Assembly (NCBI GenBank): GCA_964537835.1
Contig: CAZICS010000003.1
Coordinates: 7,163 to 71,162 of the forward strand
Length of the DNA stretch: 64,000 bases
Direction of reading: 5' to 3'
Source: an uncultured archaeon
Lineage (GTDB): Archaea; Aenigmatarchaeota; Aenigmatarchaeia; CG10238-14; SCSR01
In this document: one piece after another, positions 9,452 through 19,281 of the stretch
Layout: each line of letters opens with the position of its first letter
Position numbering within the stretch: position 1 is the stretch's first letter
Made by a program: the position numbers and the translations under genes
Notes under the pieces: model-generated
Database searches by the model: none
What the model was told of the DNA's origin: nothing
What the model saw: the letters and a program-made list of their open reading frames with translations, nothing else

Positions 9452-10404
9452 TCTAATCCCCTTCCTGTTAAGTAGAGAAAAACATCTTCGAGCGTAGGTT
9501 CTTCTACATGCACAGAATAAAATTTTACTCTATTCTTCTTCAATATCCTTAAAATTTCATCCAAAGTATCTAAATCATCAAGTATAATTCTCAATTCCTC
9601 TTGCTCTTCCTCAAAAACAACTCCTCTTACCCCTTCTACAAGCTTAATTCTTTCTATAATCTCGCTCTTTATGCCTCTTACATCCATCTCAACTATATTC
9701 TCCTTTCTCAACTTTCTTTTCAACTTTCTTGGAGTATCTATTGCTATTATCCTTCCTTCAAAAATTATGCCAACCCTTTTGCAAAGCATATCGGCTTCAT
9801 GCATGTAATGAGTTGTTAAAAGAATTGTTGTTTTTTCGATTCGATTGAGCTTCTGAAGAAATTCCCTCACCTTTAAAGCTATCGCAGGATCTAAGCCTAT
9901 GGTTGGCTCATCCAAGAATAGCACTTTAGGCTCATTCAACAAAGCTCTCGCAAGCTTTAATCTCATTAATTCTCCTGTTGAGCATTTGTCTGCATAAACT
10001 TTAGCTCTATCTTTTAGCTCAAAAACATCGAGCAATTCTTTAATCCTTTCTTCTAAATTCTTTACTCTATAAATTTTCCCAAAAATCCTAAGATTCTCCT
10101 CTAGAGTTAAATTCCAATAAACTCCACCTCTTGCAAAAACTACATTGATTTTATGCTTGATCTTATTCAATTCTTTTGGTATGTTTGCCCCTAAAACTCT
10201 AATCCTTCCTTCATCGGCTTCCATTAGCCCGAGTAAAATTTTAATTAGAGTTGTCTTTCCCGAACCGTTAGGCCCTAACAACCCAAAAATCTCTCCTTTT
10301 TTGACAGAAAAGCTTACATCTTTTAATGCATAAAAATACCTTTTCCTAAAAAATCCTTCTTTTACAAATTGCTTAGAAACCTTAAAAACTTCTATAGCAT
10401 GCAT
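9448..10404 (-). CDS. ABC transporter ATP-binding protein (ABC-2/DrrA-like)
   Basis: Walker A GPNGSGKTT, signature CSTGELMRL, Walker B LFLDEPT. Confidence 0.9.
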   Translation of the reverse strand: MHAIEVFKVSKQFVKEGFFRKRYFYALKDVSFSVKKGEIFGLLGPNGSGKTTLIKILLGLMEADEGRIRVLGANIPKELNKIKHKINVVFARGGVYWNLTLEENLRIFGKIYRVKNLEERIKELLDVFELKDRAKVYADKCSTGELMRLKLARALLNEPKVLFLDEPTIGLDPAIALKVREFLQKLNRIEKTTILLTTHYMHEADMLCKRVGIIFEGRIIAIDTPRKLKRKLRKENIVEMDVRGIKSEIIERIKLVEGVRGVVFEEEQEELRIILDDLDTLDEILRILKKNRVKFYSVHVEEPTLEDVFLYLTGRGLE

Positions 10405-10536
10405 AAATTATTTATATCTTGCTAGAAACTTATGCGCTTCTGTTTCAATTTCTTTGTAATCATACTTTTTGGTAATTTTCCAATCCACTTTTAGCTTAGA
10501 ATAAATCATCTATTTTTAAATTAGAGCAATTAGATT

Positions 10537-11502
10537 TTAAATCTTTAGGATGAAAAGCAATTCCCTTGCTAGCTCCTTATACCTCTTCCTTAAAGTGACT
10601 TCTGTCGTCCCAGCTACTCTGGCTATCTCCTTCTGAGTTTTCTTCTGATTATACAAAATTGATGAAATGTAAGCAGAAGCTCCTGCTACAGCATAAGGAT
10701 CCCTACCTCTTGCTACACCTACTTCTTTAGCTATGCTACAAATTTTATGAGCAGTTCCTTCCGCTTCTCCATAAAGTTTGAAAGATTCGCATAGTTTGTT
10801 AAGATAACGAGTAATGTTTGGGGGCTCTACATAATCTTCAAGTCCTATTACTAAACGTCTGTAAGCCCTCCACACCATCTTTTTATTCATTCCTACTCCC
10901 TTAGCAACTTCACTTAACTTTACGGGCAATTTGTGCTTCCTTATAGCAAAATAAACAGACCCTGCAACCAATTCCTCTATACTCTTACCCTTTATCAATT
11001 TTTCTTTCAAGGCTTTCCTGTATATCATACAGGCTGTATCTTCTACTTGACCAGGAATTTTTTGCCCATTATGAAAGCTCAGAGTGTTGCAAATGGTGTT
11101 GATTAATCTTAAACCTTCAGAAAGGCTTCTATCTGTAGGATTCATCATTCTTATTCTTTTCTGCAACTTTCTCAACCTAAACATCTCATACTTTTTTTCC
11201 GAATTGAGCAAGTTCATTTTAGAATCTCTATCCTCTATTCCTATCACACTTCCCAAACCTTTATCGTGCAACCTTATAGTTTCTGGAGCTGCCCTCATTG
11301 TTTCTCTAGCTTCTTCCCAATCAAAAATTCTCCGTTCAAGACCTTTGTCAATAATTTGAGAAATTACCCTTCCGCAAGAAGTGCAAACTTTTTCCCCACT
11401 GTTCCTATCTTCTATTAATTGGTGACTTCCGCATTCAGGACATTTTTCTTCCAAATCTTTCTGAAGTATACCCATCTCATTTTTAAAGTTGGAAAAAAAC
11501 AC
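10537..11502 (-). CDS. tfb: Transcription initiation factor TFB (TFIIB)
   Basis: N-terminal zinc ribbon CPECGS...CTSCG followed by two cyclin-like repeats, about 320 aa. Confidence 0.9.
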   Translation of the reverse strand: MFFSNFKNEMGILQKDLEEKCPECGSHQLIEDRNSGEKVCTSCGRVISQIIDKGLERRIFDWEEARETMRAAPETIRLHDKGLGSVIGIEDRDSKMNLLNSEKKYEMFRLRKLQKRIRMMNPTDRSLSEGLRLINTICNTLSFHNGQKIPGQVEDTACMIYRKALKEKLIKGKSIEELVAGSVYFAIRKHKLPVKLSEVAKGVGMNKKMVWRAYRRLVIGLEDYVEPPNITRYLNKLCESFKLYGEAEGTAHKICSIAKEVGVARGRDPYAVAGASAYISSILYNQKKTQKEIARVAGTTEVTLRKRYKELARELLFILKI

Positions 11503-11708
11503 TTAAATCTTTCCTCTCTAATCTTAAAAAATTTTAGTTTTTCAAAAGCTAAATCCTAAAATTATTAAACTGAAAAATATTGAATGAATTGGAAAAATAA
11601 ACTATCTTCCATGTTGGAAAAATGTTAGAATGTTAAAAATTGATGAAAAACTAATTTTTACCCATCATTGCTTGTGGAAGAATAAAAAAATTAAAACCCA
11701 AATAATAA

Positions 11709-12782
11709 GTGAGAGAAATGGACATAGAAAGTAAGATAGAGCTTGTTAAAAAAACACCTACAGAAGAAATTTTAACTGAAGATGATTTAAGAAAGCTCTT
11801 TGAAACAAATGAGCACCCTGAGCATTACCAAGGTTTTGAGATTTCTGGTTTATTGCACTTAGGTACTTTAATGGTTAGCGGTATTAAAATAAACGATTTT
11901 GCAAAAGCAGGGATAAAAGTTAAGGTTTTTCTCGCCGACTGGCATACTTTTTTGAACAAAAAGTTAGGAAGTGATTGGGAAAAAATAATTAAAGCTAGTA
12001 AGTATTATGAAGAGGCTTTTAAATTCTTTTGCCCAAAGGCTGAAGTAATTCTTGGTAGCGAGTTATACTTTAATAATAACGAATATTGGAAGGATTTGGT
12101 AAGGTTCGCTTCTCTAGTTACCTTACCAAGATTAATGAGAACTTTAACTATAATGGGAAGGAGTGAGAAGGAAAAGCTTTATGCCTCTCAAATGATTTAT
12201 TCGCCAATGCAAGCTGTTGACGTTAAATATCTAGCTCAAATAGCTCATGGTGGAAGCGATCAAAGAAAGATTCATGTTTTGTGTAGAGAAATTTTTCCAA
12301 AACTTAGATGGAAAAAGCCTGTAGCAATTCATCATCATTTGCTAGCTGGTTTGGAAAAACCTCCAGAAGTTGGAAACAAGCTAGAAAAAGTTATAGCAGC
12401 TAAAATGAGCAAGTCAAAACCTTGGACTTGTATTTTCATTCATGATAGCTATGAACAAATAAAAGAAAAGCTTAGGAAAGCTTGGTGTCCTGAAGGCATA
12501 GTAGAAGGAAACCCTGTTTTGGAAATTGCTAAATACATAATTTTTAGGTTAAGAAAAAGTTTTGAAATAGAAAGAGAGAGAAAATATGGTGGTAGTTTAG
12601 AAGTTTTTAGCTATGAGGAACTAGAAAAATTGTATAAAGCTAAGCAAATTCATCCTTTGGATTTGAAAGAAAATGTTGCCAGAGAATTGAATGAAATTTT
12701 AAAGCCTATAAGAGAGCATTTTGAAAAACCAAAGCATAAAAAGCTATTGGAAGTTTTTAAGGAGGTTAAGATAACTAGATGA
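11709..12782 (+). CDS. tyrS: Tyrosyl-tRNA synthetase (archaeal type)
   Basis: HIGH-like LHLGT, KMSKS motif, and the C-terminal block CPEGIVEGNPVLEIAKY...HPLDLK typical of archaeal TyrRS. Confidence 0.85.
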   Translation: MREMDIESKIELVKKTPTEEILTEDDLRKLFETNEHPEHYQGFEISGLLHLGTLMVSGIKINDFAKAGIKVKVFLADWHTFLNKKLGSDWEKIIKASKYYEEAFKFFCPKAEVILGSELYFNNNEYWKDLVRFASLVTLPRLMRTLTIMGRSEKEKLYASQMIYSPMQAVDVKYLAQIAHGGSDQRKIHVLCREIFPKLRWKKPVAIHHHLLAGLEKPPEVGNKLEKVIAAKMSKSKPWTCIFIHDSYEQIKEKLRKAWCPEGIVEGNPVLEIAKYIIFRLRKSFEIERERKYGGSLEVFSYEELEKLYKAKQIHPLDLKENVARELNEILKPIREHFEKPKHKKLLEVFKEVKITR

Positions 12783-12798
12783 GAAAGCTCGACTGTTG

Positions 12799-14088
12799 TT
12801 AAATTATGTATTTCTCTCTAACAATAAAGTAAAAAACTATTCCTAGAAAGATTATCAAGAAGCAATCGAAGATTGCATAAGTTGGAAATTGAGCTAGCAA
12901 AGCTAAACAGAAAAAAGAAGCAATAAGAGAGGGTAAAGGAATGTTTTTAATCGAGAAAGGAACTTTAAAGCCTCTTGGAATTTTTGGCTTAAAAACTCTC
13001 AATAAAATTATAGAAACATTGACCAAATAATAGCAAAAAAGTGTTAAAAAATTTGTTATATCTGCAGTAACTCTCAAATCTCTTATCAAAAATACTGTAA
13101 CGAAAGCTGCTAGAGAGATAAAACCTATTGCTAGAGAAGGAGTTTTGAATTTGGACAAATGGGAAAAAACTTTTGGGAATAGTCTTTCTTTTCCAAAGCT
13201 ATAGAGTAATCTTGAGCCAGAGATGGTTAAGCCTAAGACTGTGCTTGAGGTTGCGAAAATCGCTGAGAACCAAACTAGAGAGCCTGCTTGCTTCCCAAAT
13301 CTTTCTGAAACCGCTTCATAGAGAGGGGCGTTTGAAATAGCTAGCAGATTAATATCTAAAAGATTGATGACAGCAATCGAAACTAGAGTATAGATTATCA
13401 TCGAGATTAAAATCGAGAGTACTATCGCTTTTGGGATTAATTTTTTTGGCGCTTGGGTTTCTTCAGATTCAGCAGGAATTAGATGAAAACCTGCATAGGC
13501 AAAAAATATCAGGCTTGTTGCATAGAATATATTGCTCCCGAACTCAAAGTTTAAAAGAATTTCCTTACTCGGTTTTGCTAAAAATAAGCCTAAAACTATT
13601 ACAAAGACTAAGCCAAAAACTGCTAAAAAAGTTAGGAAAAGAGTTGTGTTAACAGATTCTTTGATTCCAAAAAATGCTAAAAGAGCTGAAACTATTATCA
13701 AAAAGAGGGAAAGTATGGATTCGTTTATGGGTACGAATCTTGATAAATAACCACCAAAAGCTATAGAGACTGTTGCTATTATGAAAACCGAGGTTATGAG
13801 TAAGGACCATTGAACAATAAAACCCCAAATTTTTCCCCCAAAAATTTTGAAAGCATCCCTTATTAGCTTGTAATAGCTTGAGGTATCTGGATAAATGCTT
13901 GCCATCTCAGCAAAGCTCAATCCAGTTAATATGGATAAAATTCCTGCTAGAATTACTGATAGCCAAGTTCCATAGCCTGCTATTCCCGCTACTTTTCCTA
14001 TTATGCTATAAATTCCAGCCCCGATTATTATCCCGATTCCAAAGATTAGAACATCCCTAAGTCTCAAAACCCTTTTAAGTTGGGGCAT
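12799..14088 (-). CDS. APC-family amino acid/polyamine permease
   Basis: 429 aa, about 12 TM helices, N-terminal GIGIIIGAGIY motif. Confidence 0.75.
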   Translation of the reverse strand: MPQLKRVLRLRDVLIFGIGIIIGAGIYSIIGKVAGIAGYGTWLSVILAGILSILTGLSFAEMASIYPDTSSYYKLIRDAFKIFGGKIWGFIVQWSLLITSVFIIATVSIAFGGYLSRFVPINESILSLFLIIVSALLAFFGIKESVNTTLFLTFLAVFGLVFVIVLGLFLAKPSKEILLNFEFGSNIFYATSLIFFAYAGFHLIPAESEETQAPKKLIPKAIVLSILISMIIYTLVSIAVINLLDINLLAISNAPLYEAVSERFGKQAGSLVWFSAIFATSSTVLGLTISGSRLLYSFGKERLFPKVFSHLSKFKTPSLAIGFISLAAFVTVFLIRDLRVTADITNFLTLFCYYLVNVSIILLRVFKPKIPRGFKVPFSIKNIPLPSLIASFFCLALLAQFPTYAIFDCFLIIFLGIVFYFIVREKYII

Positions 14089-14137
14089 ATAAATAATTTA
14101 AATTTGGGAAAATATAATTCAAGTTATTAGTGGGAGC

Positions 14138-15658
14138 ATGAAATTCAGCTTAGAAGCTACGATGGAATTTAGCAAGCCAATAGATTTTCTTAAGTTAGAT
14201 TTCCCAAAGTTGATTGCTCAAATAAATTCAGAACTTTTTAGAAAAGGTGTTCCTCAAGAGCAAGAAGGGTCAAGAATAGTTCATTGGAATATAGTTGGGA
14301 CAAAACTTATTCTAACGATTGAAGGAACAACTTATTTAAGACCGCATGATGCTTTGCTTAGGCTAAGAAAATTCTTGGCTCAAAAATTTGGAAAAGAGTA
14401 TAATATTGGGGTAAGAAGTGTTTTTGTAAAAAATTATGAGATAAGGCTCAAGCCTAAAAGAATAGCAAAAGAGAAAGTTGAAGTTAAGGTACCTTGGGTT
14501 AAAGAAATAGTTCAAAAAGATAAGGAGTTTTTGATTAAATTGCAAGACTTAGATTCTACTGCTTTAGAAGATAGGTATGTTGAAAGAATTTTGAAAAGAA
14601 TAGAGGAAAAAATAAATCAAAAACTCTATGGTGGAAAAGCTGAGCATTGGGAATTAGTCTGGAAAAGCAGAAAAAGAAGAGTTGTTTGGAATAAAGATCC
14701 TACTCCTGAAATGGAAAAAAGAGGATGGATAAAAAGATTTAATGTTGGTGTTTGGTTGCATATGCCAATAACTACAAAGATAATGAGAACTTTCCAGAAA
14801 ATTGCTGAAAGGGAAATTCTTAGACCGTTAAAATTTGAAGAAGTAATGTTACCAAAAACAGTTCCTTTAGAAGTGTGGCTCCAAACAGGTCATGTTCCTG
14901 GATCTTCAAATTCTTTCTTCTATGTCTCCAGACCAGAAAAATGGGATCCAGAATTTTGGGAAGATTTTGCAGATTGGGTTAAGGTTACTAGAAAGATTCC
15001 TTACGATTTGCTAAAACAAAAATTGGCTGAACCAAATGCAGGTATTTGTTTTGCTCAATGTCCACCCCTCTACTGGTATTTCAAGAAGAAACTTATTCCT
15101 GAAAAAGAGTTGCCACTAAAATTCTGGGATGCTTCTGGAGTAAGCTACAGATGGGAAGGTGGAGGATTGCACGGAATAGAAAGGGATTGTGAATTTCACA
15201 GAATCGAAATAGTTTGGATTGGTACTAAAGAGCAAGTCATAGATATTAAAGAAAAATTGTTAGAAAAGTTCAAGTATATCTTTGATAAAATTTTAGAACT
15301 TGAGTGGAGAATGGCAAAGGTTACTCCTTGGTATATGGCTCAAGCTGGTCAATTGGGCTTAGAAGAAGAAAAGGAAATAGGAACTATAGATTTTGAAGCT
15401 TGGCTGCCATGGAGAGGCCCAAGAGAAAAAAGTGAATGGTTGGAATTCCAAAATCTAACGGTTGCTGGAACTAAATTTAGCGATGCTTGGGATTTTAAAA
15501 CTGAAAAAGGAAAGGAAGTTTGGACTGGTTGCTCTGGAATAGGATTGGAAAGGTGGCTTGCTGTATTCCTTGCACAAAAAGGTTTGGAGCCTAAAAAATG
15601 GCCCAAAAAGTTTGTTAAAATTTTAGGGAAATTGCCTAAAGAAATAAAACTCATTTAA
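14138..15658 (+). CDS. serS: Seryl-tRNA synthetase, rare long methanogen-type
   Basis: 506 aa. Class II motifs. GKAEHWELVW, HGIERDCEFHRIEIVWIG and GCSGIGLERWLAVFLAQKG match my recollection of the Methanosarcina barkeri-type SerRS. Confidence 0.7.
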   Translation: MKFSLEATMEFSKPIDFLKLDFPKLIAQINSELFRKGVPQEQEGSRIVHWNIVGTKLILTIEGTTYLRPHDALLRLRKFLAQKFGKEYNIGVRSVFVKNYEIRLKPKRIAKEKVEVKVPWVKEIVQKDKEFLIKLQDLDSTALEDRYVERILKRIEEKINQKLYGGKAEHWELVWKSRKRRVVWNKDPTPEMEKRGWIKRFNVGVWLHMPITTKIMRTFQKIAEREILRPLKFEEVMLPKTVPLEVWLQTGHVPGSSNSFFYVSRPEKWDPEFWEDFADWVKVTRKIPYDLLKQKLAEPNAGICFAQCPPLYWYFKKKLIPEKELPLKFWDASGVSYRWEGGGLHGIERDCEFHRIEIVWIGTKEQVIDIKEKLLEKFKYIFDKILELEWRMAKVTPWYMAQAGQLGLEEEKEIGTIDFEAWLPWRGPREKSEWLEFQNLTVAGTKFSDAWDFKTEKGKEVWTGCSGIGLERWLAVFLAQKGLEPKKWPKKFVKILGKLPKEIKLI

Positions 15659-16413
15659 TATTCCCATAGCCGTTTAAGATTAAGCATCATGTTAGGAATT
15701 GATATTAAAACCACACCAAATAATCCTATTAAGTAAGCGATAAGCTTGTCTTTTCTTTCTCTATTTTCCTCTTCACTTAGGAAACTAAAATCTCTTCCCA
15801 CGCTCATTTCTCTAAGAGTACCATTTTCATCGTAACCTGAGAGACTAAAATAAATTCTTCTTACCCTATAAGGTGCAATAAAAGAAATTTCATTTTCATG
15901 AGTCTCAGTGAACGAACTTCCATTGAGAAAAGTAAATGTTATATTTGCTGTAAAGTTGCATAAGTTTGGTTCTGGGACACATGTTACTAGACTACCAGCC
16001 AGAAACATTCCAGTATTATCCACACATTTTAACGTTCCAACAATTTTGTTATTTCTATCTCTCAGAACAGAGCTAAGGCTAGATCTTCCTAAGAAATCAT
16101 AGAGAAACCCAAACCCTGTACCTAGTGCGAATATCATTAAGCAAATTGCTAACAAAAACCATTTATTTACTTTTCGTTTAAGATACTCTATTCCTGAGAA
16201 AAGAAAAAAGAGCGTCCATGCCGATGCAAAACTTATGGACATAGACACAGGAAAAATAGCGCCAGGCCGAAAAAAATCCCCAAAAAGATCTTGAAGAAGA
16301 AAATAATTCCATGAAGTAAAGATATAAAATATAAGTATACACATAGCCATACCAAAGAAAAATAAAATTACTTCAATAACCCTCGATACAGGAATCTTAT
16401 ATTTTTTCTTCAT
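15655..16413 (-). CDS. Membrane protein, unknown function
   Basis: Several TM helices flanking a soluble Cys/Asn-rich middle segment. Confidence 0.4.
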   Translation of the reverse strand: MKKKYKIPVSRVIEVILFFFGMAMCILIFYIFTSWNYFLLQDLFGDFFRPGAIFPVSMSISFASAWTLFFLFSGIEYLKRKVNKWFLLAICLMIFALGTGFGFLYDFLGRSSLSSVLRDRNNKIVGTLKCVDNTGMFLAGSLVTCVPEPNLCNFTANITFTFLNGSSFTETHENEISFIAPYRVRRIYFSLSGYDENGTLREMSVGRDFSFLSEEENRERKDKLIAYLIGLFGVVLISIPNMMLNLKRLWEY

Positions 16414-16437
16414 AGTTATCGATTATAAATCTTCGTA

Positions 16438-16522
16438 TGCGGCCGCCGGGATTCGAACCCGGGTCACCAGCTTGGAAGGCTGGGGTCCATTGGCGAGGTT
16501 AGCCAGACTAGACTACGGCCGC
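16438..16522 (-). tRNA. tRNA-Gly(UCC) with an oversized (21-nt) D loop
   Basis: Acceptor GCGGCCG/CGGCCGC. Anticodon arm CCAGC-CTTCCAA-GCTGG. T arm CCGGG-TTCGAAT-CCCGG. About 10 extra nt (16493-16502) in the D loop. Confidence 0.65.
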
Positions 16523-17239
16523 TTAAAAATGCTTACAAAATTCAATTTTAGTTCTTCTCTTAAATAATTCTTTAGGTCCAGCTTTTAAAATTATTCTTCC
16601 TTTTTCCATTAAATAAACCACATCCGCAAACTTTTTTATAACCTCTATTTCATTCGTCACCAAAAGAATTGTAGTTTGAAGTTCTTTATTCATCTTATTT
16701 AATTTTTTAATAATTACTTCTTTCGACTCAGGGTCTACTTCTGCTAAAGCTTCATCTAAGATAAGCAATTCAGGCTTTGAAACTATTGCTCCAGCTATCG
16801 CAACCTTTTTCTTTTCTCCTCCACTCAAATAAGAAGGAACTTTATTTTTTAACCTTTGAATTCCAAAATCTTTCAAAATCTTATTCACTTCCTTTCTTAT
16901 TCTATCTTCACTCCATCCTAAATTTCTTGGAACGAAAGCTATATCATCGAAGACAGTCGGTCCAAAAAGCTGATAATCAACATCTTGAAAAACAACTCCA
17001 ATTTTCGGAATTAGTTTTTTAAAGTTCTTATAAGGGCTTAATCCAAAAACTTTTATTTCTCCTCTTATTGGCTTTAATAAGCCGATAATATGATGGAGCA
17101 GAGTAGTTTTTCCCGAGCCATTTGGCCCAATTATCGCAACTTTTTCTCCTTTCTCAACTCTAAAAGTTAAACCACAAACTTTAACTTCGGTTTGGTCTTC
17201 ATACCTATGCTTGATGCATTTTACTTTAATTACTTCCAT
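16523..17239 (-). CDS. cbiO: Cobalt/ECF-type transporter ATPase
   Basis: Walker A GPNGSGKTT, LSGGEKKKV signature, Walker B ILDEA. Operon with cbiQ and cbiM. Confidence 0.85.
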   Translation of the reverse strand: MEVIKVKCIKHRYEDQTEVKVCGLTFRVEKGEKVAIIGPNGSGKTTLLHHIIGLLKPIRGEIKVFGLSPYKNFKKLIPKIGVVFQDVDYQLFGPTVFDDIAFVPRNLGWSEDRIRKEVNKILKDFGIQRLKNKVPSYLSGGEKKKVAIAGAIVSKPELLILDEALAEVDPESKEVIIKKLNKMNKELQTTILLVTNEIEVIKKFADVVYLMEKGRIILKAGPKELFKRRTKIEFCKHF

Positions 17240-17916
17240 AAGATCACGAAAATTATTATTCCAAACAAAATGAATAATAAATCTTTTAGCTTAAATTCTT
17301 CCCTTTCAGCTAATTTAATTCTCCCAGTAAATCCTTTCACAAGCAGGGCTTTATACATTTTTTCACTTTTTTCGATAGAAGAGATTAAAATCTGAGAAGC
17401 AATCAAGCCAGCATTTTTAATAGATTTAGAAAATGAAATAAAAGCATTCCTGCATTTGGCAGCTTTAATCCTATTTTCAATTTCTTCTAAAAGTAAGAAG
17501 AAAAATCTATAGGTCAAGAAAAGCAGGGTTGAAAGAGTTGAAGAAATTTTTCCGATTAAAGAGAAAATTTTAAGGTAGTTAGTTGTTGAAAAAAGAAAAA
17601 GAATTAGAAGACTAATATTCCAAGCTCTTAGCAAAGAAATCAATGGTAAGATTCCATATCCTATTTGGCTTAAAGCAAAGATTAGTGCAAAGAATAAGGG
17701 ATAAAGAGAAATTTTAAGCAAGGTTCTTAGGGGGAGTTTAGCAGCTCTAATTAAAGCAAGAATTAAAAAGAAAATCATAGCTAGCTTTAATAAAGAACTT
17801 GTGAACAAGTTTAAAATTACCAATAAAGCTATGAAAATTATTTTTGAGAAAGTTGAGAGCTTGTGAATTTTGCTTTCTAGCGAGGAAAACTTATCGATTA
17901 AGTATATTTCGCTCAT
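17230..17916 (-). CDS. cbiQ: Cobalt/ECF transporter transmembrane component CbiQ
   Basis: Polytopic membrane protein overlapping cbiO and cbiM. Confidence 0.7.
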   Translation of the reverse strand: MSEIYLIDKFSSLESKIHKLSTFSKIIFIALLVILNLFTSSLLKLAMIFFLILALIRAAKLPLRTLLKISLYPLFFALIFALSQIGYGILPLISLLRAWNISLLILFLFSTTNYLKIFSLIGKISSTLSTLLFLTYRFFFLLLEEIENRIKAAKCRNAFISFSKSIKNAGLIASQILISSIEKSEKMYKALLVKGFTGRIKLAEREEFKLKDLLFILFGIIIFVILWK

Positions 17917-18557
17917 CTTATCATTAAAATTTTTGGTTTAATCTTTTTAAGATAGTTTACTGCAAAAGCCGTAACAAAACTTTCTATTATTGCTCCGAGA
18001 GTTGCTATGGGCAAGGTTAAAGCCAAAAAAGTTTGAAGGTTTATCTTTAAACCTTCTAATTTTGAATGGAGGAAAATTTCTGGACTTAAAGTAGAAATTG
18101 AAACAATAAAAATTACGAAGAATGTTGAAACTATTAGGGCAAAAAATGTTGAGACCCAAGCTCTGATGAACCAATTTTTTGTCACTTCCTTCAAAATTAA
18201 AAACAAGTAGTAGCCAATTATACTTTCTATCCATAAAACCAAAGTGTTTAAGCCAACGAGAGTTATTCCTCCATGTCCAAAAGAAGCTAGAATCAAATTT
18301 ACTATAAAGTCAGAAATTAAAGAATAAAAAGGTCCTAGAATAAAGCCTGCAAGCACAGCCAGATTAATATGAGTTGGTATACCTAGAGGAATTGACATTA
18401 CTACAAGCATCAGAGCAGAAAGAGCAGGTACTAAAGAAAATTTTTTAATATCTTTTCTCATTTTAACCAAAGCAAAAGCAAGGAAGATAAAAGTAATTAG
18501 ATAACCTGAGCCCCAAAGCCATACTGGCAAAATGCCATCTGGAATATGGATGTGCAT
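17913..18557 (-). CDS. cbiM: Cobalt/nickel transport protein CbiM
   Basis: N-terminal MHIHIPDG motif, about 6 TM helices. Confidence 0.8.
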   Translation of the reverse strand: MHIHIPDGILPVWLWGSGYLITFIFLAFALVKMRKDIKKFSLVPALSALMLVVMSIPLGIPTHINLAVLAGFILGPFYSLISDFIVNLILASFGHGGITLVGLNTLVLWIESIIGYYLFLILKEVTKNWFIRAWVSTFFALIVSTFFVIFIVSISTLSPEIFLHSKLEGLKINLQTFLALTLPIATLGAIIESFVTAFAVNYLKKIKPKILMIR

Positions 18558-18904
18558 ATTTTTAAAATAGTTTTTTGTTTAAAAGTATTAAAGATTTAAA
18601 AATTTTGTGTGAATATTATTTTTGAATGACTCATCTTTGTTGGAAGCTATTAGTTTTACCAAAAAAATTAGGAAGAAAAAAAGATAGATTTTGAATACTT
18701 CAAAAGGAAATCTCTGGGAAAAACTAAATATGCTCTAAACTTAAATAAGAAAGCTAAATTAGAATGTAGAACAAGTAAAAAAGTTTGTGAAATTTAAAAA
18801 AAGAAAAGCTTTTGATGAAAAAAATGCTATACCATCTACGGAACTACTTCTTCAAACTATGAGAGAATTAAACTCTGAGAGAAAAGTTTGGTTACCTTTA
18901 AATA

Positions 18905-19273
18905 GTGCAGTCAATAAAAGATATAGTCAGAGTGCTATGGAAGCGTAAAACTTTAACTAAATATCAATTTAATCCTTCTATTTCTAAATTCCGCCCTTAC
19001 CTACAGAACTTTGAATTTTCAATTCTTTCACCTTCTTTCCTTAATTTTGAAGAGGATTTGATTTTGCCAACCAAGAAAATATTTGCTTCCATTCTTTTTT
19101 CTAGAAAACCACTTACCTGTAGGGAGATTAGTGAGTATATAGGCTACAGTCTTAAAACAGTTAATAATTCATTAGCCGGTTTGAAACAAATAGGTCTAAT
19201 AAAAGTAGAAAAAAAGGATAGGAATCCCTCCTCTCAACTACTACAGACCTACTTATGCAGCAAAAAGATTTAA
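18905..19273 (+). CDS. Small winged-helix protein
   Basis: LTCREISEYIGYSLKTVNNSLAGLKQIGLIKVEKK looks like a wHTH. Confidence 0.4.
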   Translation: MQSIKDIVRVLWKRKTLTKYQFNPSISKFRPYLQNFEFSILSPSFLNFEEDLILPTKKIFASILFSRKPLTCREISEYIGYSLKTVNNSLAGLKQIGLIKVEKKDRNPSSQLLQTYLCSKKI

Positions 19274-19281
19274 AGAATTAG

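Noticed and set aside
18558-18904. Possible riboswitch or leader upstream of cbiMQO in the 347-bp non-coding gap.
   Set aside because: The sequence is uniformly A/T-rich with no conserved-looking paired elements. Nothing resembles a cobalamin or NiCo element by eye.
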